DNA of 64,000 nt from a virus. The notes beneath the pieces are model-generated. The model saw nothing but the letters and a program-made list of their open reading frames with translations. It was not told the origin of the DNA and did no database searches. Of this stretch, positions 8,671 through 17,057 are shown piece by piece. How positions within the stretch are numbered: position 1 is the stretch's first letter; the number at the start of each line of letters is the position of its first letter. The stretch lies in IMG/VR virus record IMGVR_UViG_3300045988_185035; one strand, written 5' to 3'. The translations under genes and the position numbers were made by a program.

Positions 8671-8746
8671 TGGAGCTTAGTGGCAGATTCGAACTGCCCG
8701 CCTGCACATTACGAGTGTGCCGCTCTGCCTAATGAGCTAACCAAGC
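8671..8746 (-). tRNA. tRNA-Thr(CGT)
   Basis: GCTTGGTTAGCTCATTAGGCAGAGC; anticodon stem GCACA/TGTGC with loop CTCGTAA; T-arm GGCAG-TTCGAAT-CTGCC. Confidence 0.7.
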
Positions 8747-9124
8747 ATGGCAGGATGTTTTATGCTTGTTATCATCCCAAATCAGGGCAGCCAACCCTGC
8801 ATCAAGCACCATCCGGCAGCCACGCCGATGGATTCTGTATTGTACCCTCTCCGCCGTTTTCCGGTCTCATTCGCGACTGATACTGAGACTTTCGGATACT
8901 CTCAGGCACAGCACCTGTTTGCCGATTCTTTTAGAGGCTGTCCATTGGCATTCGGACAGCGGACCACAAGTGGACCATGCTCGCTTTATTTAGTGTCGTG
9001 CGTACGGTGACAGCGACGGTGGAGCGGGCAGCGGGATTCATTTCTATTCACGCCACCCATGTGGGCAGCGACAATTGCTATACCCCGCGTGGTGGGTCGC
9101 GTCTGGCTTTCGCTTTTGCGGCCT

Positions 9125-9319
9125 TTATTTTGCTTCGCTGTTTATGTACCCAAACCAGCAGCTTTCGCAGCCAGCGAACCCCGCGCACCCTTCCTCGTAC
9201 ACGTCATTCCATGGCGGACATCTGAAATTCTTTTCAAAGACTTTTACCATGTTCTTTTTGATATCTTCCACGGGTCCGCTGAACTTCATTCCTTTTGTCA
9301 ATTCTTCAAAAACCGTCAT
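9125..9319 (-). CDS. small Cys-rich protein (64 aa)
   Basis: AGGAGGGAAAGAAA-ATG; Cys-rich C-terminal region (CPPW...C...C..C) suggests a zinc-ribbon-like fold; lone CDS within the tRNA array. Confidence 0.55.
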   Translation of the reverse strand: MTVFEELTKGMKFSGPVEDIKKNMVKVFEKNFRCPPWNDVYEEGCAGFAGCESCWFGYINSEAK

Positions 9320-9368
9320 TTTTCTTTCCCTCCTTCTCGCCGCGTGGAGGCTACCAGCGTAGGGATAT

Positions 9369-9443
9369 TGGAGGAGTATATCGGGGTCGAACCGACGTTA
9401 TCTGCTTGGAGGGCAGAGGTATTAACCGTTATACGAATACTCC
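9369..9443 (-). tRNA. tRNA-Gly(TCC)
   Basis: Acceptor GGAGTAT/ATACTCC; anticodon stem TCTGC/GCAGA with loop CCTCCAA; T-arm GTCGG-TTCGACC-CCGAT; CCA encoded. Confidence 0.6.
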
Positions 9444-10604
9444 ACAAGATTGCGGGTGAACCCTCATTTAGCCCCGCCATGATGTTCGTTTAGGAGGTAG
9501 TCGGCCCCGAACGCCATCTTTACACCACCTGACAATCTTGCGAATCTCATCGCTGACTATGCGTGAGAATCCAAGAAAGCGCTTGGGTGTTGGTCAACTT
9601 CAAATCTTAGAGCCCTACCGTTACTTCCCTGTCAATTCGGGCGAACGGTTTTCGATGGGCTGAGTTTGTAAGACTGCGGCTCACTTACCAGCTGCCGTGC
9701 AGCAGTCTCGCCTGTAACGGCTGTGTCGCGTCTGGCTGCGCCCCGGCTTTACGGGGATGCTCGTACGTCTGCATGCTTGATGGGGCGGGATTTGTTGTTT
9801 CCGAACCGTAGTTCGAGAGGAAGCACTCGCCCACACAACTTCCTGGCTTTTAGGGATACCGCTCACGTCGGGAGCCGTGATGCGATTCCCAAGATTGAAA
9901 ACTTAGCCATGTCGCGGGTATTGACCGCAACGATGTTGCCCACTGCTCACCACGAGGAGGTTGTTTTCTGAGCAGTAACGCGGATTGTGTGAACCAGTCC
10001 GCGCAAGCAGCTTCCGCGTATTCCCTGCTGCTCGAGGGGGTTCGTTGAGCGTCCGCTGACGCCGTACCCCGGAGGGAACGTCCAAAGGCGTTTTGCAGTA
10101 CGGAAAAGTTCGGTTTAGAGCCATGAACTGGGCCAAGGACTGCTTACCTTGTCTGGTTTGCCCTTCAGATTGGGTTGAGAGCATTCGTCAGCGACTGTAG
10201 AAATCGTTGTCCACCACCCGCCGCGTGGAGGCTGTCTCATGGGTGGCTGGGCTCGTCGGATGTTTCCGGCGTGCCCAGATAGGCGCTACCTATCGTGTCG
10301 TTCTAAGGCGGGAGCTGCCCGCCATCAGGTTTACCTGTGCATCGGATTATCCCTTTCACTTATGCGGCCTGTCGGACGTAATTAGTGCATAGGCGTTCTC
10401 CTTTGTTCAGATTTTGACATCGGACGCGGTAATTACTGCATCGGAGTGCCCTCCCTGTTAGATTTCGACCTGTTTAACGTCCGTGTCAGGACGTGTTCTG
10501 GATGGGTGGTGTCACACCACCGTGTTCCGTGCTTACGCGTCGCACCTGTACTCCACTATTACGCCTTATCGCGCGATTGACGTGTTCCCTTGTACTACAT
10601 CCAG

Positions 10605-10681
10605 TGGCGACTCGTGCCGGTTTCGAACCGGCGACCTCCAGCGTGACAGGCTGGCGTTCTAACCGTCTGAACTAACGAGCC
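10605..10681 (-). tRNA. tRNA-Asp(GTC)
   Basis: GGCTCGTTAGTTCAGACGGTTAGAAC; anticodon loop CTGTCAC; T-arm GCCGG-TTCGAAA-CCGGC. Confidence 0.7.
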
Positions 10682-10715
10682 ATATATGGCCGATTTAACG
10701 TCGCGGCCGAGACGA

Positions 10716-10790
10716 TGGATACGGGGATGGGACTTGAACCCACAACCACCAGCGTATGAGGCTGGAAAGCTACCATTGCTATACCCCGTG
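10716..10790 (-). tRNA. tRNA-Met(CAT), possibly initiator-like
   Basis: Anticodon stem CCAGC/GCTGG with loop CTCATAC; T-arm GTGGG-TTCAAGT-CCCAT; position 1-72 is an unpaired C.A. Confidence 0.55.
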
Positions 10791-11050
10791 TCAATAACAA
10801 GACATTGGCCGCAAGAACCTTCAAAACTTGCGTTGTCCATCTCTCGCCACGCGGAGGCTGTCTTGTGAGGGATTCTCGGAGATTGCGCAAGGATGTGTAA
10901 AACTATACTGGTGTAGTATGATGTGCTGCAAGCAGCTACAATGCACATTCTCCGAGGTTGTTATTACCGTCTATCAAGTGAGGGTATGTAGCACTATAGT
11001 AGTTGTGATGTGTGTCGGGATGACACTTACAACACTTGATATTCGGTATA

Positions 11051-11126
11051 TGGCGGGTCGTACAGGGCTCGAACCTGTGACATCTTGATTAACAGTCAAG
11101 CGCTCTGCCGACTGAGCTAACGACCC
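11051..11126 (-). tRNA. tRNA-Asn(GTT)
   Basis: GGGTCGTTAGCTCAGTCGGCAGAGC; anticodon loop CTGTTAA; T-arm ACAGG-TTCGAGC-CCTGT. Confidence 0.7.
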
Positions 11127-11296
11127 AGAAATAAGACATTTGCCACGGGGAGCTCAATACCCGTGTTACCGTCACCGCCGCGAGGAGGCTGTCTTATGGT
11201 GACATAGCCCGCAAGATGTGTGTATAGCATCGTATCAAGAAGTTACGATTCATCAAGCGGGATTTCGGATTTCAACGGAGGAACGATGAAAACCAA

Positions 11297-11372
11297 TGGA
11301 GCTTCCGGTGGGACTCGAACCCACAACCTACTGATTACAAGACAGTTGCTCCGCCTGTTGAGCCACAGAAGC
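11297..11372 (-). tRNA. tRNA-Thr(TGT)
   Basis: GCTTCTGTGGCTCAACAGGCGGAGC; anticodon loop CTTGTAA; T-arm GTGGG-TTCGAGT-CCCAC. Confidence 0.7.
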
Positions 11373-11467
11373 ATGGTAGTCGCAAGGAGTAAAACCTTGA
11401 CGACAAATGTATTATTTAGTATATGCGGTTCGCACGATTCGGCAATACAGATTATTTGAAGCACATT

Positions 11468-12139
11468 CTATATTTTGCGAATCTGCAAGTCACTGACATC
11501 TGCAATGTCTCGGTTTTCTTTCGTGACATCCTTTACCGCGCGTTTCTTTGACCAGAGAACACTCAGGACGCGATTGCGAAGGTTGTCGTCCTCGATAGTG
11601 GATGTCACTTTTACGATTTCTGACTCGCTCAAGTAGACTGTTCCACCCTGCTGAATCATGGTCGGATACCCGTTATCACTTCTCAGGACCTTTTTATCAA
11701 GGCTATCGTAGGCGTATATCGCGTCGATAAGAAGTTCGGCCGCGATTCCGTCCAGCTGTGCTTCCGTAATGCCCTGGAATACGAGCCAACGGTGCATGAA
11801 CGAATCATCCGGGATGCTGTCGCTGTAAAGAGAGAACAGCGGAGACACCAATTTGTTGCTCGAATAGCGCTCATGCTCTTCATCGACATTCAGGTTGTCC
11901 TGCCAAAGCTTCAGCATCAAGCCATCGCCGTAGTAGACGAACGTGTCGTGAAAGAACCCGGACGAGCACACTTTGATGTGGTCGATGTTTGCTACTTCCT
12001 CACGGCGGCAGAGCACAAAGCGAGTGCCTTCACTCTTGCCGTAGGTCTCATCGTCCCACTTGACCGTGACTCGTTCCAGCACAAAGCTGTCGTTGAGGAG
12101 CTTCAGAACTTTATTGATGGGAAATACTCGCCAGTCCAT
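11468..12139 (-). CDS. hypothetical protein
   Basis: Start MDWRVFP with GGAGGGAAACCTG-ATG; TGATG stop/start overlap with the upstream gene. Confidence 0.6.
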   Translation of the reverse strand: MDWRVFPINKVLKLLNDSFVLERVTVKWDDETYGKSEGTRFVLCRREEVANIDHIKVCSSGFFHDTFVYYGDGLMLKLWQDNLNVDEEHERYSSNKLVSPLFSLYSDSIPDDSFMHRWLVFQGITEAQLDGIAAELLIDAIYAYDSLDKKVLRSDNGYPTMIQQGGTVYLSESEIVKVTSTIEDDNLRNRVLSVLWSKKRAVKDVTKENRDIADVSDLQIRKI

Positions 12140-12750
12140 CAGGTTTCCCTCCACTTCTTTGCTATCTGGTCGTACTCGGCCACTTCTTTTTTCGTAACCT
12201 TGCCGTCCTTTTTATACAGCGTGACGCGCTGGATATAGTTGGCGGCATTGGCATCAAGTCGGCGCATGGCTTCGGCAGCAGAACTCGTCGTAGTGACTCC
12301 ACGATAAGAGCCGCCGGAGCCCAGGACATCAGGCTCATAGTAGCCAGTCTCGTAGTAGACTGCCACATCCTGTCTGTCAGGAGAGGTCGCATCCAGAATG
12401 ACCTTTGCGGTATCTTTGCCACCATCTGTATAGGAGTTGCGGATGATGCGAGCACCACGGTCATTCCCCTGCTGTTCATAGGCATCGGCAAAGAACTCAA
12501 CGTAGGTCTTGAACTTCTGTTCGTCGCCGTCTCGATGCGCTTCAATGAGCTTTCCGAGCGTAACTGCGTTAGTGACATTTGTGCTTTTAGGAGCAAACTG
12601 AAAAGCAATATACTCTAAAGCTCCGGAAATGCCACCACTAAGATGATTTTCTTTGGAGTAATTGAGAATCATCGCTACAGCATCATCCGACAGATAGATT
12701 CCGCGAAGCTTGCGTTCTTCCGTCTTTCCTTCTCTTTTGGCGCTTTTCAT
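12139..12750 (-). CDS. hypothetical protein (203 aa)
   Basis: Six-frame ORF; translationally coupled to the downstream gene. Confidence 0.6.
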   Translation of the reverse strand: MKSAKREGKTEERKLRGIYLSDDAVAMILNYSKENHLSGGISGALEYIAFQFAPKSTNVTNAVTLGKLIEAHRDGDEQKFKTYVEFFADAYEQQGNDRGARIIRNSYTDGGKDTAKVILDATSPDRQDVAVYYETGYYEPDVLGSGGSYRGVTTTSSAAEAMRRLDANAANYIQRVTLYKKDGKVTKKEVAEYDQIAKKWRET

Positions 12751-12827
12751 CGCTTTGTGCTCCTCTCTTGAACTGTCTACATTATACCATTTTTTGAGTT
12801 CCGACTCGTACTGTGTAGGCTAATGAT

Positions 12828-13502
12828 TCATAGATTCTTAACAAACTTACGCGTTTTTACTGGAATGAATCTGTAATGACCAGTCGCATCTTGCTCGACT
12901 CTCCATTTCCACATGTGTCCCTGCATCCGCTCAGAATACAGCATCTGCTCGGCCGGTAAAAGCAGCCCTATGCCGTAGTATTTTGTAAGTGGTCTTCCAT
13001 TTTCGTGGTTCTCAGCAGCACGAGGAAAAGGTCGTTTCTCGCGTTCTAATTTGTGCCCCGCATCGAGCAGTTCTGTTGCATAGAGCGCTGCATTCACCCG
13101 ATGAAATACATATAGCATTTTGGTGCTTGAGAAGTAATAGAAGATGCAGTTTGCGTTTTTATAGAGCCACCCATCTGAATGATGGAGCGTTGACTCATTG
13201 GTGACGGGATTGCAGTTGATGACATTGCCATTCGCGTCAAATAGATAAGAGTCAACGGCCTGTTCCAGGAAGATGTTGCCGGTAGTGTATGTATCCGTTT
13301 TGGCGTCGAGTGTCACTGTGCGGCCATCCTTGCGATGAATCAGGAAGTCAATATCCTGTTCTTGATACGTTTTGATGCTTCGCACATCTTCGTAGCTCTC
13401 AAAGCTCAACCTTCCCAATTCGCAGCTCTTTTTTACGTAGTCAATTGCCACCTGCTCTCCGAGCTTTCCGATTGCAAGCTGGTCTTTCATATTGTAAGCC
13501 AA
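12828..13502 (-). CDS. hypothetical protein, possible PD-(D/E)xK-type nuclease fold
   Basis: GEQVAIDYV...DIDFLI...TLDAKTD resembles a D...(D/E)xK active-site arrangement; weak call. Confidence 0.45.
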   Translation of the reverse strand: MAYNMKDQLAIGKLGEQVAIDYVKKSCELGRLSFESYEDVRSIKTYQEQDIDFLIHRKDGRTVTLDAKTDTYTTGNIFLEQAVDSYLFDANGNVINCNPVTNESTLHHSDGWLYKNANCIFYYFSSTKMLYVFHRVNAALYATELLDAGHKLEREKRPFPRAAENHENGRPLTKYYGIGLLLPAEQMLYSERMQGHMWKWRVEQDATGHYRFIPVKTRKFVKNL

Positions 13503-13508
13503 GAGGTA

Positions 13509-14249
13509 TCACCTCCGCACTTTGCGGCAGGCAGGGCACTTGGGACCGTACTTGCATACGGTAAAAAGCAGCGGCGTCCATTCTCCATCCTTGCCATATC
13601 CGCAATCGGGACATACCAAAGCAATGCGTTCACCGCTTCCGGCGGTGAGTTCATTGGGCCTAAACTTGTTGGCTGTCGGATGCCACATGGCTGCAATCTG
13701 AGTGTATCCCACGCTAATGATAGGCTTCGTCGTGCATTTACGAATCCGTTTCATCCGGCTGTGAGAAGCATTCAACCTGGCGCATTGCGGGCAGCCTGTA
13801 TGATTCACGCCGCTGCCGCAAGCGAAAGCCAGGAGTGGATGCCACTCGCCGTTTTGACCATAGCCGCAGGTCTTGCAGACAAGATAGACATGCAGACCGC
13901 TGCCGGATGTGATTTGGTCAGGCTGGATGGTATTTAGAGTCGGATGCCACTGTTCGGCAATTTCAGGATGAACTGTAGCTACATCATTCACGCCCTTGAC
14001 CACGATTCGTCCAGCACAGACAGGGCAGCCGCCTCTCGTGCGGCAGACAGAAGAAAGCACCGGTCGCCATTCTCCGTTCTTACCGTATCCGCACCGGGGG
14101 CAAATCAAGGCAATACGTCGCCCACTTCCGCACGTGATTTCATCAGGACCACAGTCATTGGCAGTCGGTTGCCACATGGCAGCAATTTCAGGATGCTCTT
14201 CCGCCACTGTGCCACGGGGTTCATAGAGTTTAATCTCAAATTCACGCAT
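13509..14249 (-). CDS. protein with three tandem zinc-ribbon repeats (DUF4379-like 'probable zinc-ribbon')
   Basis: Repeat (HPEIAxxWxPTxN...ITxGSGxxIALxCPxCGYGKxGEWxP...CP.C) occurs three times. Confidence 0.65.
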   Translation of the reverse strand: MREFEIKLYEPRGTVAEEHPEIAAMWQPTANDCGPDEITCGSGRRIALICPRCGYGKNGEWRPVLSSVCRTRGGCPVCAGRIVVKGVNDVATVHPEIAEQWHPTLNTIQPDQITSGSGLHVYLVCKTCGYGQNGEWHPLLAFACGSGVNHTGCPQCARLNASHSRMKRIRKCTTKPIISVGYTQIAAMWHPTANKFRPNELTAGSGERIALVCPDCGYGKDGEWTPLLFTVCKYGPKCPACRKVRR

Positions 14250-15153
14250 CCTTGTCCTCCTTTTCTTGCCGCTCGATGACCCAGCTCACAATATGGTCCG
14301 TGCAAGCCTTCGTGACGTTGCTGGGCGTATAGTTGTGGTCAATGCGACAGAGCATATCTTCGATTTCTTCTTTGCTCGCCGTATAGCCGACTGAGCTAAA
14401 AAACTTCTCGCATAAGTCATGTGCAGACTGAGTATCCAGCATGCGAACACGATGAAGGAAGCTGAACCGCCGGAACAGTGCAGCATCAAGCTGGTCTTCC
14501 CTGTTCGTGGTTCCGATAAGGATAACGTCATTGGGTAGCCGGTCAAGTTCCTGCATCAGAGCAATTGTCACACGGCTCATTTCTGCCACATCATCGCGGC
14601 CGCCGCGCTTCATGCCAATAGCGTCAATTTCGTCAAGGCACAGTACACAGGGACTGCGTCTGGCATAGTCAAAGACCAGGCCGATGTTCTGCTGCGTCTT
14701 GCCAAGAGCCGAGCTGATGAGGCCGGAAAATTTGAGATATACGAACGGCAGGTCTGCTTTGTGGGCAATGTATCTTGCCAGTTCGGTTTTACCAGTCCCG
14801 GGCTCGCCGCTCAGGAGCAAAGAACTGGTATAGTGAACGCCCATTTCTTTGAGTTTGAGGGACGCTTTTCTCGTTTTGAGAATCTTATCGATGACCGCTT
14901 CCTCCGATTCTCGGATGAGGAACCTCTGCTCCGGGAAATCAGAGACGTCTTCTGCCACCAAGAGCCCTTGCATGTTGAACGGCAATTCAATGAATCGCGG
15001 CTCAACATTATTGAGCTTTGCCAGGCAGTTCGTCTTGAACTGCTCATCCTTCGCAGATGTGATACTGTTCAGGATGATTTTTGCCTGCATCTGTGCTTTG
15101 CGAATGTCGCCTTCTGCTACATAGCGAAGGAGCATACGGTTGTTATCATTCAT
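14242..15153 (-). CDS. AAA+ ATPase
   Basis: Walker A GEPGTGKT, Walker B VLCLDEID, sensor-1 TTN, arginine finger FRRF. Confidence 0.85.
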   Translation of the reverse strand: MNDNNRMLLRYVAEGDIRKAQMQAKIILNSITSAKDEQFKTNCLAKLNNVEPRFIELPFNMQGLLVAEDVSDFPEQRFLIRESEEAVIDKILKTRKASLKLKEMGVHYTSSLLLSGEPGTGKTELARYIAHKADLPFVYLKFSGLISSALGKTQQNIGLVFDYARRSPCVLCLDEIDAIGMKRGGRDDVAEMSRVTIALMQELDRLPNDVILIGTTNREDQLDAALFRRFSFLHRVRMLDTQSAHDLCEKFFSSVGYTASKEEIEDMLCRIDHNYTPSNVTKACTDHIVSWVIERQEKEDKDA

Positions 15154-15210
15154 GGTTTATTTACCTCTATAAATGAAAAGACCCACCGAATGGCAGGTCT
15201 TGCTTCTCTG

Positions 15211-15816
15211 TTATTTATTTGCAAAGTAGGTGTCGGTATCTGCCCTGGCAGCTCTTGCCTCAATGTCAGCTTCGTTCAGATACCGAATGCTTTTGAAGGA
15301 ATAGTTAGTATCGCCCTTTGAACGGACATAGATACCGCGCTTTGCGTATGTCAGCCCAGGTGTCATATCACTATCAGCCGTAGTCAGTAGTTTGATAATC
15401 GGATGCTCACCGGTATCATCAACCACACAAAGGCTCACATCCGCATTGCCGTCGCAAGGGTAATTTTCTGGCAGTTTCACTTCGTAATCCACCACTACGA
15501 GTTCGGGGTTTTCGATGCCTTTTCTCAGCTCATCAAGAACCGATTCATCCGTCCGAAGCACAGAAAGAGAGTTGCTAAGAGCAATGACGTTGTTGACGTA
15601 ATTTTCGCTTTTGCTCTCTGTCGTGATTTTCGTAATGCGCATTTCAATGTCATGCCACCGGCCGTCGGTCAAGGACCCATTTGAGACGGTTCCCCAGTCA
15701 CCGAGAGCGATAAGGTCACTGTTCTCACCTTGCGCCGGTTCTGTTTCAATACTGGTTTGGGCTGGAAGGTCCACAATGAGTCGGTTTCTTTCTGACATAG
15801 CTTCTTTGTCAATCAA
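15211..15816 (-). CDS. hypothetical protein (TTG start)
   Basis: GGAGGA 8 nt upstream of TTG; acidic protein; promoter motif and leader hairpin lie upstream. Confidence 0.55.
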   Translation of the reverse strand: MIDKEAMSERNRLIVDLPAQTSIETEPAQGENSDLIALGDWGTVSNGSLTDGRWHDIEMRITKITTESKSENYVNNVIALSNSLSVLRTDESVLDELRKGIENPELVVVDYEVKLPENYPCDGNADVSLCVVDDTGEHPIIKLLTTADSDMTPGLTYAKRGIYVRSKGDTNYSFKSIRYLNEADIEARAARADTDTYFANK

Positions 15817-15904
15817 TGTTGAGTCCTCCTTGCAAATAAAAAAGCAGGCTCTTAAAAGAACCTGCTTTCGTGGTCGTTAATACACTTTTTGGTCTACAAT
15901 ATTC

Positions 15905-15932
15905 AGTTTACTCAATTCGCACAAACGCGCAA
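15905..15932 (-). promoter_or_regulatory. sigma70-like promoter with conserved GTGCGAATTG spacer (TTGCGC-N16-TAAACT)
   Basis: Member of the repeated promoter-like motif family described in the findings. Confidence 0.45.
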
Positions 15933-15952
15933 GAAGGCAACATGAAACGGTT

Positions 15953-16429
15953 TTATTTCCATTCCATATATGGAATATGTGCCAGCATAAGCAAACACAC
16001 TTCAAGATTTGATTCGATGTAACGAGCAATTGTATCGAATCGTTGATTCAGACTCAATGACTCAAAAGTGTAGCCGGATTCAGAGAGAATCATTTCCTCG
16101 CTGCTGGTATACATAACATTGAGCATCGCCGTCAATGCTTGCAGGATTTCCGTATCGCAGTCCTTCTTTGTGAAGAAGAAATATCGTGTTGAGTTCCCAT
16201 CGGTGATGCCGATTTTGCCTTCATAGCCATCAAAACTTGCAAGGTCGCCGAATAAGCTGCAAGCAATATAGCCAAGCTTTTCTTCAACCGGCACAGTGAC
16301 CCACAAAGGATAACGCTCGTTTGGCTGAAAATCAGTCTTGCCACAGTTATACTCCCACTCGATGAAAGTACGAATACTGATAACTTCTCCGTACGGCGTA
16401 ATAATTTTGACGTTTTCCAATTTACTCAC
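15953..16429 (-). CDS. hypothetical protein (158 aa)
   Basis: Six-frame ORF with RBS GAGGTGAGTAAATTG-ATG; promoter motif at about 16455-16478. Confidence 0.55.
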   Translation of the reverse strand: MSKLENVKIITPYGEVISIRTFIEWEYNCGKTDFQPNERYPLWVTVPVEEKLGYIACSLFGDLASFDGYEGKIGITDGNSTRYFFFTKKDCDTEILQALTAMLNVMYTSSEEMILSESGYTFESLSLNQRFDTIARYIESNLEVCLLMLAHIPYMEWK

Positions 16430-16523
16430 CTCACTTGTGCGTCACATGACTTTATTGTATTCAATTCGCAATGAAAAGCAAAAAGAGGGGCCGCCTGACG
16501 GCAGTCCCTCTTATGCAATGTGA

Positions 16524-17033
16524 TTAGTATTTTCCGGCTTGTACACCGGGAATGGCTTCGATTTTCTTGAGGATGTTCTCGAAGTTGTGCATGACATACG
16601 ACGAGATTTCGCACATCTTCTCCTCGTGGTTCAGGGTGTCGAATTTGGCAAAAGCGCCGTTTTCCTCATAAGCAGCTTTCACCTCTGCGTAAACACGCTT
16701 GAAAACATTCGCGCTTTCGATGGCAACCTTGTCAGCGTAAAACGGGCACCAAACTTCTTTGGTAGTGTTGGCGGTCTTGATGAGGATAGGTTCTCCCCTG
16801 TCATCACCATTGCCCAGCATCTGGAACAGGGACATAGACATGGCCTGCATCTTCTGGGAAGGAGTCAACTCCTCCCATTTGGTGCCGGGTTCAGCAATCT
16901 TGCAACTGTTGAACTTGGCGTATGCACAGCCGGTCTCGGCCTGGTAGTTTTTGTCGCGAGTCTCCGTGTAAAGAAACTCGGCGACATCTTTGGTCGGCAT
17001 GGATTTGCCCATCAGAATAACAGTTTTGCTCAT
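16524..17033 (-). CDS. hypothetical protein (169 aa)
   Basis: Six-frame ORF packed against its neighbours. Confidence 0.55.
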   Translation of the reverse strand: MSKTVILMGKSMPTKDVAEFLYTETRDKNYQAETGCAYAKFNSCKIAEPGTKWEELTPSQKMQAMSMSLFQMLGNGDDRGEPILIKTANTTKEVWCPFYADKVAIESANVFKRVYAEVKAAYEENGAFAKFDTLNHEEKMCEISSYVMHNFENILKKIEAIPGVQAGKY

Positions 17034-17057
17034 GGTGGTATTCTCCTTTTTGAAAAA

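Noticed and set aside
9444-10600. tmRNA or RNase P RNA in the ORF-free spacer
   Set aside because: I checked for a tRNA-like 3' terminus with a tag ORF and for RNase P conserved-region strings. Neither was found by eye, so this is left as an unassigned structured region.
10595-10948. 117-aa minus-strand ORF
   Set aside because: It overlaps tRNA-Asp and tRNA-Met completely.
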